A stretch of DNA of 64,000 bases from Paraspadella gotoi. Taxonomy: Eukaryota > Animalia > Chaetognatha. Positions 23,611 through 37,339 of this stretch are shown here, piece after piece (position 1 is the first letter of the stretch; every line of letters begins with the position of its first letter). A model generated the notes under the pieces. The model searched no databases. It was given only the letters and a program-made list of their open reading frames with translations, and had not been told where the DNA came from. The stretch is from the NCBI GenBank assembly GCA_051294375.1, contig CM119268.1, forward strand, positions 11,036,507-11,100,506. The letters are read 5' to 3'. The position numbers and the translations under genes were made by a program.

Positions 23611-24660
23611 GTCGCAATGTCTTTCGCTACCAAGCGACGCCTCTTTCGTCCTTGGGCGTCGCCGATTTAATGTTGCGCCACCTGCTTCGATTTTCAACCT
23701 GCCGTCATCCATCTGTGAGGCGCTGCCAACGTTCGATTAGAATAAGGCAGTTTTTAGGGTGTTAGTTCTTAGTAGTTTGTCATTTATAATGAATGTTTAA
23801 ATTGGTAAATTGAAACAAATAATTTCTATTGTCTCTCTCTCTATCTCTCTCACTTCCTCTCCACGATAACATTGGCAAGACCAGAACGCCATCTAGTAAA
23901 GACGACGTTCCAACCCAAATGGTCTTCCATCTTTTCTTCAAAAAAACTCCAACTCTCACAGTCCATGAATTATTCGGTTCTTGTGGGTCCATTATTGGGA
24001 TAAAGAATTTTCGAGAGATTGAATCCGGGGCTTTGCCCGCAGGCCGCCGCCGCCCCCGGACCGCCGTTCCCGGGCCGCCGCTCCCGACTCCGGTCCGCTT
24101 CCCGCCGCCGCCGAGTTCTGGAAATTGTTGACATTTCGAGAGAAAGAGGGACTAGCGATGATTGACCGAAGAGTCGTTTGAGTGAGGCGACATCTATCCG
24201 TATCATTCACGTCAAATCTTCGGCGCCGTTGCGAGTCGCCGAGTCAATCTGGGATTTAATTGAATCGGAACCGTTATCTTTGGAACGAGTGTCAGAAAGC
24301 GATTGTGGCCTGGGGCAACGAAGATCCGATTTGTTAAGCATTCAAGAGAGATATTAAAAATGTTATCAACGACGACGACGAGAACGTCGCAACAATATCA
24401 CGAACGACTGCACGTGCGATATTATATGAGATATTATAAGATATTAGATAAGAAGAGAAATTTCAAAAAGTCAAGTTGCTTCACAATTGGCTAATATTTT
24501 AAAATCAATTTCTTCGTCTGATACCAGGTGATTATAACCGAGTGACGCCAACTCATTATCGTCAAGATTAAATTAATTTGCTTTTATGATTAATGAGTTT
24601 AAAATATAATTCATTATCACTCTGATACGATGTCAAAGGATCCAAAGTATGATTAACTCA

Positions 24661-24698
<38 letters not shown>

Positions 24699-24772
24699 CT
24701 TCATCCACGAACCGGAAATGACGCCTGAACGAGTGGGCGTGGCTCTGAGAACAAAGAAATGAGAAAGATGAG

Positions 24773-24850
<78 letters not shown>

Positions 24851-25194
24851 GAAGAGAGAGAGAGAGAGAGAGGAAAGTAAGAGGAGGTAATGAGATCCAA
24901 ACTAAGTGGATTCTACTGATGAGGACAAAAAAAGCAAAAAAGCAACCAAGTTACTTTTAGTTGCATAACCGCAACTAAGTCTAAGCGGTATGCTTGACGA
25001 CAGGCTGCCATGCCTGTCGAGAAGCGGCCCTGCCCGCGGACAGGCTGCCATGCCTCCGGCATTGCCTCCCGACTAACGATAATTTGCTGTAACTGCCAAC
25101 TCGATTTTAAAAAGAAGAGACTTGTTGAGATCACAAAAAAATTTCTCTTTAATATGAAAATCCAATTTGTAGGAAAGAAAGGAAAAGAAAAGAG

Positions 25195-25238
<44 letters not shown>

Positions 25239-26857
25239 ACCTATGACAGATCGGTCCATTAAAAATGAAGTGATTGTGCCATGGAATTCTTTCCCAGTCG
25301 AGCGGCTGCCAAGAAGACGTAGACCTTTTTTTCCCCTCGCTACTTTTCGTCCAATGAGAATCGACGTCACAATCGTCACTTTTTGGAGAAATCCTTGACA
25401 ATGATTCCCCCCCCCTCCGCCCTCTAGTGAATACTTGAATCTTGTGGACAATCTTGTCCACAATCTCGAATTTTTTACGAGGATGTTCAAATCACCAGTC
25501 TCTCTCTCTCTCTCTCTGCTCTCTCTGCTCTCTCAGCTCTCGCTCTCCAGTCCCCATCCCAATTTCCGACGACCTTCGTTCTCACCATCATCGTCGTTTC
25601 CCAAACATCATCTCACTGCATCACTCAACCCGTCTCACCTAACCTTCCAATGTTGCAAATATCTTCACAGAAACTTCAAATTCATCCCAACGAAATCTCA
25701 CTACATTTTGTACAGCAAATCTTACGAACGTAAAAAAAAAAAAAAAGAAAAAAAAATTCTCCGACTCGGTAATTTCCGCCAAACATTCCCCCGTCTCTCC
25801 CTAACCCCCCTACCCCCCCTACCCCCCTACCACCCTTCTATATCCCCACGCCCGCCACCTCCACCTCGCGTTCACGTGGAAATGAGCGCGGCGTCCGTCG
25901 TCGACGCGGAATCGTTGAGTCAAGGACTTTTCATTCCGATTTGCATATTTACTTCTCGCGGGTTTTTCAAGTGGTTCAGGTGCCTCGAGCGCCAAAGTCG
26001 CCGCGACTTTTTGTTTTTTTTTATTCGGTTCGCGAGTTTCAGGCGAATCAATATTTCATCCATTTTTCTCTGCGTCTTTTCTGTCTTACGAGTTCAGTCA
26101 ACTTTGTTCTTTGCTTTCTTAATCTGATCTTTCCTCCATCATTTCATCATTCTTCTCGTTCCGAAATTTTCCTCTTTGCTAGTTAACTTTCTTTTCACAC
26201 TTTCCTTCTTCACTCTGATTCTATCCGCTTCACATTTATTTCCCTCTCTCGCCTACATTTTCCACTGCTTACTTTTTTCCGTGAGTCATTCAATTTGTTT
26301 CCCAGTCCTTCATTCTTCTTCCCAGTCCTTTACTTTTCTTTCAAATCCTTTACCTTCCTTTCTTATTCTTAACATTCCTTCTCAAACCTTCACTTTCCTT
26401 CCGAATCCTTTACTTTCCTTCTCTGTCCTTCACTTTCCTTCAGTGTCCTTTAACTTCCTCAGCATTTTGCTAGTATATTTTTTAGCGATTTCAGCTTTAT
26501 TTACAGGCGTTTGAACATAACAAGGAAACGCGTCAAATTTTTAATGAAAGCGACTGACCAAACTAAGTTATCATTTTAAATCGAATTCTGCCACCAACGG
26601 CATCTAGATCACCAGAGACGGTACGAAATTTGATTAGAGCGCGTTTTGTTTCTGAAATGGCGTTGCACAAGGTTGAGCTTCTTCACTTTTTACTAAATTT
26701 AATTCATAAAATTAACTTTATTCAAGAGCTTTTGAAATTAAACTAATCATGAGCCGACAGAAACAGAAAAGCTCGAAAAATTACACAATATTTTTCGCGT
26801 TTTGTAGGACATTTTAAGAACAAATCGAACGCCCTAACTCACGGGAACAATGGCGCA

Positions 26858-27019
26858 CTGTGAGAAAGTCTTGATTGAAAGCTTGCAGGGACCTCCTATG
26901 TCATTATCTTGTAAGAGTGATGGAGGCTTTAAACCACCAAAGCCTGTCCAAAGTCAGGGGCAAGATAGCCTATTTATTAAATGAATGGATAATTTTTATA
27001 TTGGTTGTACCAATTTCAT
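26858..27019 (+). mobile_element. Copy of a short interspersed repeat family ending ...TTGGTTGTACCAATTTCAT
   Basis: Aligns by eye with 37434-37595. Shorter 5'-truncated copies at ~5330-5385, 17019-17087, 33228-33283 and 39846-39875. Confidence 0.75.
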
Positions 27020-27532
27020 AAAGAAAAAGTCTTCTATGAGTTTTTTTTCAACAATTGGTTGAGTTACGGCAGCCACATTGTAGAAAAGACGACTGGTTCG
27101 TGAATAATCATTTTCTTTTCGCTTTGAAGAAATAGAAACTTTTTAATCGTTGAGTCTTGAGCCTCAACTGTTGAGGAACGCAAAATGACTCAACTTTACT
27201 ACCTCGAGTTCATTGAAACTGTTTTCACTCTCGTCATCGCATCTCGCTTCTTTCCTTTCTTCCTTTATTACAAAAAAAAACCCTAAAGAAACAGACGTCT
27301 AGTAACTCCCACTTTTCTTGCTCATTCCTTTCCCTTAAAATCCCTTTTTTCTTTTCCTCAGCTTTTTCTCCTTTCATTCGATTACCTTTTCCCACGTTTT
27401 TTTTTCTATTCCTTTTTTTTTTTAAACCTTCATTTTCATTTTTTTTCGCTGTGAAGGTACTCCTCCTTTTTTCAGTCTTTACCCCAGCCGTGATAAACTC
27501 CCCCCGTTCCCGTCGCCAGGTGATAACGGCGT

Positions 27533-27571
27533 CCAATCAGGAACGCAGCCCGTGAGCGTCGATTAGCCAAT
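27533..27571 (+). promoter_or_regulatory. Pair of CCAAT (NF-Y-type) boxes 34 bp apart; candidate promoter of the gene with the 28182 exon
   Basis: GTCCAATCAG and AGCCAATCAGC lie in a CpG-rich island upstream of the exon. Confidence 0.4.
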
Positions 27572-27674
27572 CAGCGTCGTCGATACGCCGCCAACGTCGA
27601 CGAACACGATATCGACGACAACAACGACGACGAAGACGCCCGTTCTTTTTCGGCCGCGAGATTTCGCCGTCTGG

Positions 27675-27753
<79 letters not shown>

Positions 27754-28029
27754 TCTTTCGCGCGAACAAATGACGACCTCGGGCGAACGCATTTATCATT
27801 CGGAACTTTTTTCCAAAACCCGCGGTAGCGCCATCTCCGCTTGAATTCTCTTCGTTTTCGTTTCGTCCCTCATCTAATTTTCACCGTCTCGAAACAAGTT
27901 ACGACCTCGTGAACTTTTGTGGGCGTGGCCCATCTTTCTCTTCTACTCTTCTACTCTTTCTACTCTTTCTTCCTTGCCAGTGCCCAGTTTGTTTTCTCTC
28001 TCTCAGTCTCTCTCTCTCTCTCTCTTTCT

Positions 28030-28119
<90 letters not shown>

Positions 28120-28181
28120 TGTCATTCTAAAAACAGGCCGTTTTTCATTGCAGTTCGCTCGTCGGCAGCCCTAAACGAGAA

Positions 28182-28649
28182 ATGGCTTCCGTCCTTGGGC
28201 CGAGGGTCGTCGAGGGTAAGAAAGCCCTTAGCGACGAAGACGCCCTTACCAACGTTAGCGACCCGAACGCAGATTTCGCGGCGAAGTGGCCCCGCCCACC
28301 GAAAGATAACCTCTCCGAATTACATCCGGATTTTATCGGCGACGGATTACATACGGGCATCGAAGAAAATGGATTACTCAACGGTATCGGTTTTCATCTG
28401 GTTTCGCAGGCAACTGGATTACATCCCGGCGACAACAAAACCGTATTAAATCCGGGCGCGAACGAAAACGTATTTTATAAGGCAACGAACGTCAGCGAAT
28501 TAAATCCGGGCGTCAACGATAGTAGCGGATTAAATCCGGCCCCGTCGCTGATGGACGTCTACGCTTCCGGTCTCAACGATCGCCTCGTCGACAACTGCAC
28601 CGAGGGAGTCGTGATGCTGCTCTTCGTGTGGGAGTGGTATCGTCACAGG
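28182..28649 (+). CDS. Coding exon with [GEV]L[HNL][PTN][GDA] repeats and six N-glycosylation sequons; probable extracellular N-terminus of the downstream GPCR, or an orphan gene ending at exon 30171-30203
   Basis: 156 open codons from ATG with exon-like GC content and a strong phase-0 donor AGG/GTAAGG at 28650. Phase-0 acceptors exist at 30171 (TRRCGSFGTL-stop, AATAAA at 30222) and at 37951. Confidence 0.6.
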
Positions 28650-29810
28650 GTAAGGAGAGTGGGAGGGGGTGAGTCCGTGGGATGAATCGGATGAAAGTGG
28701 ACATTAAGAGATTTTTGGGGGCTTTAATGGGGGACAATGAAAAATGAATTTATCCCCTGACCCAGATAGAGGGGATTTCGAAGTGTTAAGTCGGATTAGG
28801 AAACTCGATGAAATATGAGGAGCTTTACAAGAGAATGTTAATTTTGGAGTTATTGAGCGAGAAATATAGTTTTGTATTTTTGTAATGCGTCCAAAAAACA
28901 CTACTTGAAATCGACACTGTTAAGCGACCGTTACTAAGCACTACTACAAGGCTGAGTATGAAATATTTTTAGGATCCTTAATATTGTGCGAGGTTTCCTT
29001 TTTATTCAAAACCCCAAACTGTTTCGACGCCTCAAGAGACGACGCGTAATGACGCCACGAGTGAAGTCGATCGGGCGAGAAGAGAGGGTGGATGGGAAAA
29101 GAGTGAGAGTAGAGAAGATGGGTAGAGAAAGAAAGAGAGGGTGGATGGGCAAAGAGAGAGAGAAGAGAAGAAAGAAAAAGAGAGTGGATGGGGAGCTCGA
29201 GATGAAAGAAAAAATGTATAGAAAAGAATGGAAGTAGATAATATGGTGAGTGAGGAGAAAAGAAAAAAGAGATATTGGAAGAGGAAAACATGAGATAAGA
29301 AGGAAGCGGTTAAGGAAAAAAAATTTAAAAAGAAAAATGAAACGATATATACCATAAGTTGAAATGGGAGAGAGAACTAAAGAAATACTTAAAATTTAAT
29401 TATTTAAGAGACGAGAAAAGAAAGAAAAGTTGTGAGCTTCGGGCTTAGTTTTAAGAGAAATTATTGAAAAGTAGGAAAGGAGTAAGTTAAAGAAAAAAAG
29501 TAAGATAGAGAGATTTACTCGCGCAGAAAACTAGAGTGCCATTCATTTGTCAAGAATTCGTGAGGTTTCGACGTTGATGCGGATGATAGTGAGTCTCTCG
29601 CCTCGAATTCACAGTTCTCACGGCGCCGTGATTTATGTCGCGTCTGCGGATTTAGTTTCGACTATTTTGGGTGTCATTTTGTGAGTATGAGTTGTCATGG
29701 ATACTATAAAAAAAGGAGGTTAAGAACACTTATATGCTACTAGTTCGTATATCGGAGTGAAAGATAAACCATCTGTATTAATTATTTAATCGAAGCGAAG
29801 CTTATAATAT

Positions 29811-29912
29811 ATGAAATTGGTACAACATTTAATAAATAAGCTATCTTGCCCCTGACTTTGGGCAGGTTTAGTTGGTTTAAGGCCTCCATCACTCTTACTA
29901 GATAATGTCATA
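29811..29912 (-). mobile_element. Reverse-oriented, truncated copy of the same interspersed repeat family
   Basis: atgaaattggtacaac...gctatcttgcccctgactttgg...ggtttaaggcctccatcactcttac is the reverse complement of the 26900-27019 segment. Confidence 0.75.
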
Positions 29913-31035
29913 TTAATTAAATTATAAATTAATGACATAGCAGTATATTATAATACCAAGTTGAGTGTAATCCTCTCATGATTTAATGATTTAAACCAAC
30001 TGACTTATTCACGACAGAAAAAATCAAGAGTACAGATTTTGGAACCAAAATTATAAACTTGTCTGACTGAAATGAGTCCCCGCTCCTCCTCCATATAAAA
30101 TTATGAAATTGTTATATCCAATATGACTTTAATACAATTTTAATATTTTTTTTCTTCTGCTCCTTTGCAGACGAGGCGATGCGGCTCGTTTGGAACGCTT
30201 TAACATAGGCTCCAATATAATAATAAAAAAGTTCTATATTTTCCAGAATCTTTATAATCAAATATTGATATATTCCCTCAAAACAGGGTTTCTAAAGCAG
30301 GAAAGACTAATAATTTCAATTCTCGACAGAAACCCCTAATATACTTTGACGTAAAACCTTTAAGGTCATATTTGTCTTAACGACCGAAACAAGCAAATAG
30401 CGACCAATGGTAATACGATTGACGAAAGTCATGCATCTCCGAAACTCAGCCGCGCGCCATCGGGTATGTCTCTCTATCGCGGAGCTCATAGTTTTCCGAC
30501 TTTCCCCTTCATTTTCTCACACGGACAGATCTCGATAAGCTTATCTATTTTTTTAGAATTGGAAAGACAGAGCATGTCACGTGACAACTCGAATTTGTCA
30601 TCGACGTCGCCGCTTATTCTGTTCGCTTCGTTTCTTTCCCTCGCGTTTTTCTTTGTGTATTCGTCTTTCTCCTTAGGGAACCGAGAAAAAAACTCATCTT
30701 GCCGACGGTTTGAAACTTATTGTTGTTACTGTTGTCGTCTTCTGTGAGTCGGCGCCGCAGAGTCTAAAAAATACATAAAGAAATCATTACGTGCAACGAA
30801 AGTTTGGGTAGGAAAAGTAACAAAACGTTTTCGTTACTTAAACATTGTCGGCAACATCTGCTACACAAAACAATGAGATAGCTCTTGAGCAAGAATTGAG
30901 AATAAAACAACGAAAGAATAAGAAGCCTCAAAAGGTAAGGCTCGGACGTAAAATAGGTGGTTAGGGTTAAGAGGGTTTAGGGTTAGTGCAAGTAGGTAAT
31001 ATTTTTTTAAATTTTTTTAAAAAATAAGTATTCTG

Positions 31036-31142
31036 AAGTGCTTTTTCAAAAGACGCCAAAACCCCGGTCGGCAAAAGTTAAATTTTACGGCTAAATTTTA
31101 CTTTAGCGGATGGCGGTTTTGGCGGCTTTTGAAAAACCACTT
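31036..31142. repeat. 107-bp imperfect fold-back palindrome (MITE-like hairpin)
   Basis: Left arm aagtgctttttcaaaagacgccaaaacc pairs with right arm ggttttggcggcttttgaaaaaccactt, and pairing continues to a short central loop. Confidence 0.75.
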
Positions 31143-31770
31143 ACCATTGATTTTTTGAGGAGATAACCTCAAGAGCTGTCGATAGGAATTTCGGGTCATC
31201 CGAAGCCTTTTCGATAATCGAGGTCAGAATCTAACGTCCATTCTTCCGTATAAAGGCAATTATTTGCGGGCAGTTTTGTTTGTATGGCTATAAGTTCTGA
31301 CAAACGGATCCAAACGGATCCAAACGGCGAATTTCTTTGTTAAAAAAAATTAACGCCGATGGCGGTGGTTTCAGATGCGGAAAGCTAAAACGAAAACCTA
31401 CGATAAACACCATGCCAAATTGACAACAATACTGACAAGCAAAGCTAGAATTTGCAAACAAAGAAATAAGTTGAGGCTTGCTGACCGACTAGTCGACATT
31501 TCGTTGGCGTATCTCTTGAAAAATTTTATTCCTAACGCTTTGGCGAGAGGATAAACAATTCACGTTTTCCCTTAACGAAATCAGTCGGCCTCAAAGCAGG
31601 TTCGTTATTGAGGCCGTATTCGTAAGAAAAAGTTTCGGATGTTCAAAATTAAAAAATTTGACCATGTATTCGATTAAACACGGTATGTATAATATCATTC
31701 ATATATAGAAAGTATAAAAAAGCAGAGATAAATAAGGGAATATTTCAACAATCTTTCGAGAATATATGGC

Positions 31771-31786
31771 AGCCCTAAAAAGGGCT
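31771..31786 (-). terminator. Histone 3' stem-loop of H2B (AGCCCTTTTTAGGGCT) with downstream GAAAGAT element
   Basis: 6-bp stem and 4-nt T loop, preceded by CCCCAAA, just after the stop codon. Confidence 0.88.
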
Positions 31787-31823
31787 TTTGGGGTGGATCG
31801 CGTCAGATAGTCTTCGGAAAGAT

Positions 31824-32195
31824 CTACTTGGAGCTGGTGTATTTGGTGACGGCCTTGGTGCCCTCAGAGACGGCGTGCTTGGCCAATTCACCGGGGAGTA
31901 GAAGCCTGACGGCCGTCTGGATCTCCCTGGAGGTGATGGTCGTCCTCTTGTTGTAGTGGGCCAGGCGGGAAGCCTCAGCCGCGATGCGTTCGAAGATGTC
32001 ATTGACGAACGAGTTCATGATGCTCATGGCCTTGGATGAGACACCAGTATCGGGGTGAACTTGCTTCAACACCTTGTAGATGTAGATGGCGTAAGATTCC
32101 TTACGCTTTCTCTTCTTCTTCTTCTCGCCGCCAGAACGGGCGGCCTTAGCCTTGCCGGCCTTCTTGGCACCCTTCGAAGAAACCTTGGGAGGCAT
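31824..32195 (-). CDS. H2B: Histone H2B, replication-dependent
   Basis: Intronless 123-aa [20 protein letters not shown]...[19 protein letters not shown]...AVTKYTSSK. Confidence 0.99.
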   Translation of the reverse strand: MPPKVSSKGAKKAGKAKAARSGGEKKKKRKRKESYAIYIYKVLKQVHPDTGVSSKAMSIMNSFVNDIFERIAAEASRLAHYNKRTTITSREIQTAVRLLLPGELAKHAVSEGTKAVTKYTSSK

Positions 32196-32883
<688 letters not shown>

Positions 32884-32913
32884 AGAGTTAACTAAATATA
32901 ACCACACCCCAAT

Positions 32914-32929
32914 AGCCCTTTTTAGGGCT
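32914..32929 (+). terminator. Histone 3' stem-loop of H2A (AGCCCTTTTTAGGGCT) with downstream AAAAGAT element
   Basis: Seen directly, 30 nt after the stop codon. Confidence 0.88.
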
Positions 32930-33676
32930 GCCAAAATCTCTAAAAAGATCTGTCAATTTTTTAGTTGATAATAACTACTACTAATTGGTTAGTTTGCCAG
33001 TCCGAAAGTTAGATGTAGCTCGTTCAGTTTCTCTTCGAAAAAATCGGCAGTAAATTTCTAAAAGTTGATGTTAAAATAAACGAGCGTAAATCGGGTATGA
33101 AATTAAACCTATTAACTCATCTTACGCTTCGTCACTAGTGTTAAAATTCAAAAATTGCTAAATCCACGAAGTTTCGGAATAACGTGAGTCATTGCATGGG
33201 GGCCTGAAACAACGAAAGCCCTTCTTTAAGTCAGGTCAAGATGGATAATTGAATAATTTTTATATTAGTTGCATCATTTTCATAGCTATCTCCCCCACGT
33301 GCAGAAAGCTGATTCCGACAAAATTTCCAGTTTGCCCACAGTTAATTGAAGCTTTTGGCGGTTGGGGATAAGTTCTAACTTTCCTAAAAGCTATCTTTCC
33401 TAAAAGCCATCGCCCATGAAGTTTCGCGACGAGAAAATATAATTTATAAATATAAGTTATTTCCGTCTGTCGCTCTCCCAGAATGCATCACTGACTTTCT
33501 TTCAGAAAAATAACTGTCTCAAATGTGAAATTTTCTAACGAAGTAATTCAAGGATTACTGATTTAACTTGTAATAATAGAATTCTACACGAATAGAAGAT
33601 TATTATTCTTTCAAAGCTTTTTAGCAGCAGCAACCAGAAAAAAATAGTTATTTCGACAATCTTTTGAAAATTTTGT

Positions 33677-33692
33677 GGCCCTTAAAAGGGCC
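33677..33692 (-). terminator. Histone 3' stem-loop of H4 (GGCCCTTTTAAGGGCC) with downstream CAAAAGAT element
   Basis: Matches the canonical metazoan stem-loop. Confidence 0.92.
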
Positions 33693-33726
33693 GTTGGGGT
33701 GGTAAGTAATGATTTAGAAACACTTC

Positions 33727-34044
<318 letters not shown>

Positions 34045-34752
34045 TTATAAAGAGTTGAGTTATGATTAAGATGGAAAACAAGAGAGATGATACCTGAAGG
34101 GAGGCCCTATAATATATATCTTTCGATCGTACCTCAACGGCTGCCTGCTTACTGAAAGCACCAATCAGCTACGAGTGCCTTCGACGAAAATTGACTAATC
34201 AGCGAAGGGCAACGGGATCGAGTGGCAACGGTTGAGCGGGAGATTCGTCTTCACGAGAACAAAGACGTTCGTCGAAACTCAAAAATGAATAAGAATAAAA
34301 TGATTAAGAATAGCAACGGTTGCCGAGTCGGCACTTTTGTCTTGATTGTGAATAAGAGAAGCCGTTTCACTTCGAAAGTTATTTTGAATTATATAGGTTA
34401 CAATAATACATATTGTGATGATTATGATTATACTTTAAGAGCTGCTTGTAAAAGATGGGATTGAGAACAAAGGATTACAAATACCGATTAGGAGTGAGTC
34501 GATTCGAGTCATCTTCTACTAAAAAGTGTTAATTCGATGTTGTTGCATGGTTGGTATTAAGATTTTCGCAATCCAATGAGAGTTAGCCTTCGTCAGCGCG
34601 AATGAGATTGTGACAGAAATTACACATTTTCTCTTTTATACGTTTATTATTGGTCGAATATCCAACATAATTTTTTCTCTTCGTAATTTTCATCTCCGAA
34701 ATCAATTTCTATAGTTTTGAAAAATACTAGTCCGTAAATACTGAATCAATAC

Positions 34753-35458
34753 TAGGGTTCCAATAACCGTTAATTTTTGAAAAATTTAGCTTAACCGTTA
34801 AAACTAATATTTTTAACGGTTAACCGTTAAAATCGGTTAATTTTATAATTTTACTTTAAATTTAAAATATTATTATTTAAATCAAACTAAAGTATTTAAT
34901 AGTATTTTATCTTTAACTCTTGCTCCTGTATCTTTTTTATCTTCTATTTCAGATAGATAGGTACACATTTTAGTTAGTAAATTAAAAATTGATTTGAGCA
35001 AACTATTTTGAATCCACCTATGATAATTTAGCTAATCAGATAATGCATCGTGATAAATCTTATTTACAAAACTTTTTCTTTTACCTCATAGCATAATAAA
35101 AATATAAAAAGGACAAAGAAAGAAAAACCACTAGGTAATTCTAATTCTATGTTTTGTCTTTTCTTTCTCTCTCTTTCTCTTTTTCTTTAGTTATATCTCT
35201 TCATTATTTTTCTTGATGTCAGTTTCGTGAACGCTTGTTTTCTTTTTTTTTATTTTTTCATAAGCCATAAGGAGAATAAGAGAGGACAAGAAAAAATTAC
35301 TTTTCTTTTAAAAAATCAAAGATTTTATACCAAAAAATAAAAAAATCATATTTAAAAATTAACCGAATTTAACCGTTAAAATAAATATATTAACGGTTAG
35401 GTTAAAATTATTTTTAATCGTTAATAACCGTTAACTGTTAACGGTTATCGTAACCCTA
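34753..35458. mobile_element. Non-autonomous hAT-type DNA transposon (MITE), 706 bp
   Basis: 21-bp TIRs TAGGGTTCCAATAACCGTTAA / TAGGGTTACGATAACCGTTAA (2 mismatches). Perfect 8-bp TSD ATCAATAC at 34745-34752 and 35459-35466. Clustered subterminal AACCGTT/AACGGTT motifs; no ORF. Confidence 0.92.
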
Positions 35459-36082
35459 ATCAATACATATGTTATATAACTACGTTTTGATTAGTATCGT
35501 TTAAAAGCGTTGGTCAACACCGAATTTAAATAAAAATAATCGTACGATAGTGTACATATTAACGTATTATTATGTTATTATTCGTTTATAAAGAAGGCAA
35601 AATTTATGACAAAAAGAATCATCAAAGCTTCTCTCCATATCAAAATGTTAAATGACAAAGAAGGACAATATAACCTATTCTGGTGGTCCTATCACCACAG
35701 ATGGATTAAAGCTGTTTCTTTCGCAGCGCCTCAGTGGCTATAACCTATAACCTATAGCTTAAAAATCCATATAAACTTTCTTCCACGGTTGACACAAAGT
35801 GGCAGACAAATTAAAGGAAAACCTAGGATTTTAATTTTATTAATTCTTTCTCTTGATAAATAAATTCAATCAAGTGCGATTTCGTTTACAATTGAAAGTT
35901 GTACTAAAGCCATGCACTAAAGCCATGACTGAACTAATATTAGATAAATATAGATATTTAATTATTTATTTATTGGTAAATTTAACAGAATAAAGATTCG
36001 TGCTAAATTCTTAATAACTTTGGGATAAACTAATCGAATTGGCAACGTCGGATCAACGGATCGGATGTTACTGAAATTTCGA

Positions 36083-36120
36083 CCAATCAGAAGGCAGCTC
36101 TCCTCGGGCTCAGTATAAAA
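36083..36120 (+). promoter_or_regulatory. H3 promoter: CCAAT box and TATA box
   Basis: TTCGACCAATCAG (CCAAT at 36083) and TATAAAA at 36114-36120; same TCGACCAAT context as in the H2A/H2B promoter. Confidence 0.75.
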
Positions 36121-36179
36121 ACAGCGGCTCGTTCGCTCCGACTCAAAAATCCCTCCGTAAATTCATTTACCTTCCGTAA

Positions 36180-36608
<429 letters not shown>

Positions 36609-36637
36609 AAGGCTCGATTAGACATAACCACCCAAAA

Positions 36638-36653
36638 GGCCCTTTTTAGGGCC
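36638..36653 (+). terminator. Histone 3' stem-loop of H3 (GGCCCTTTTTAGGGCC) with downstream TAAAGAT element
   Basis: Canonical stem-loop preceded by CCCAAAA. Confidence 0.92.
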
Positions 36654-37339
36654 ACTATTTCTTTAAAGATCGTCATGAATAATTACGAGTTAGTGGTAAT
36701 AGGTATCCGAATGCTACTGACATAACTGTCTTGGAAGAATTCGTAAATATGCGCGAATAAAAGTTAATGACAATTAATTGCAACTTATGTTCACGAATCG
36801 TACCATAGTTTATTTTGGTATTAATTTATAAATGTGAGAAACTTTTTAACGTTAAAAAACAAGTGAGCCAAATCGCTGTAAATTTTTTAGGTCATAGCCG
36901 TATGAACAGGCTGTAAATATGATCCATTAGATTTAAAACTGTCATTCGAAAGACGTTTGAACTTGAATGTGAGGACCAATAGAATTCGCTCGCGACCGTT
37001 AAATTTGAAAAATGATTTCGCGGTTTACGGCGAGAGGGCGGGAACACAAAAGCCCGACTCTCGTCTGGCAGAGATCTAGACTGTTTGTTATATAGTAAAA
37101 AAAAGTAGGTTAGTAGGTTGATAACTTTAAAAATACGATGGGATTCGAAAAAGAAAATTGTTGAAAATGAAATAGCCTAAAGATTTGACATAATAGTTCA
37201 CGGCCGAAGATGAAAATATAACCGTTTCTTCTAAAAGAAATCTTAAAACTTAGTGCCAACTGCCAAATACTAGAACGAAACTTAGTGATTTTTAAAAAGT
37301 GAATGATTGTCTTAGATTTGCAAATGTAGTATTAAAAAC

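Noticed and set aside
30957-30986. TTAGGG-like telomeric repeats
   Set aside because: Only two exact units in a degenerate patch; not a telomere or a credible interstitial array.
31301-31327. (CAAACGGATC) repeated about three times
   Set aside because: A short local slippage duplication with no supporting context.
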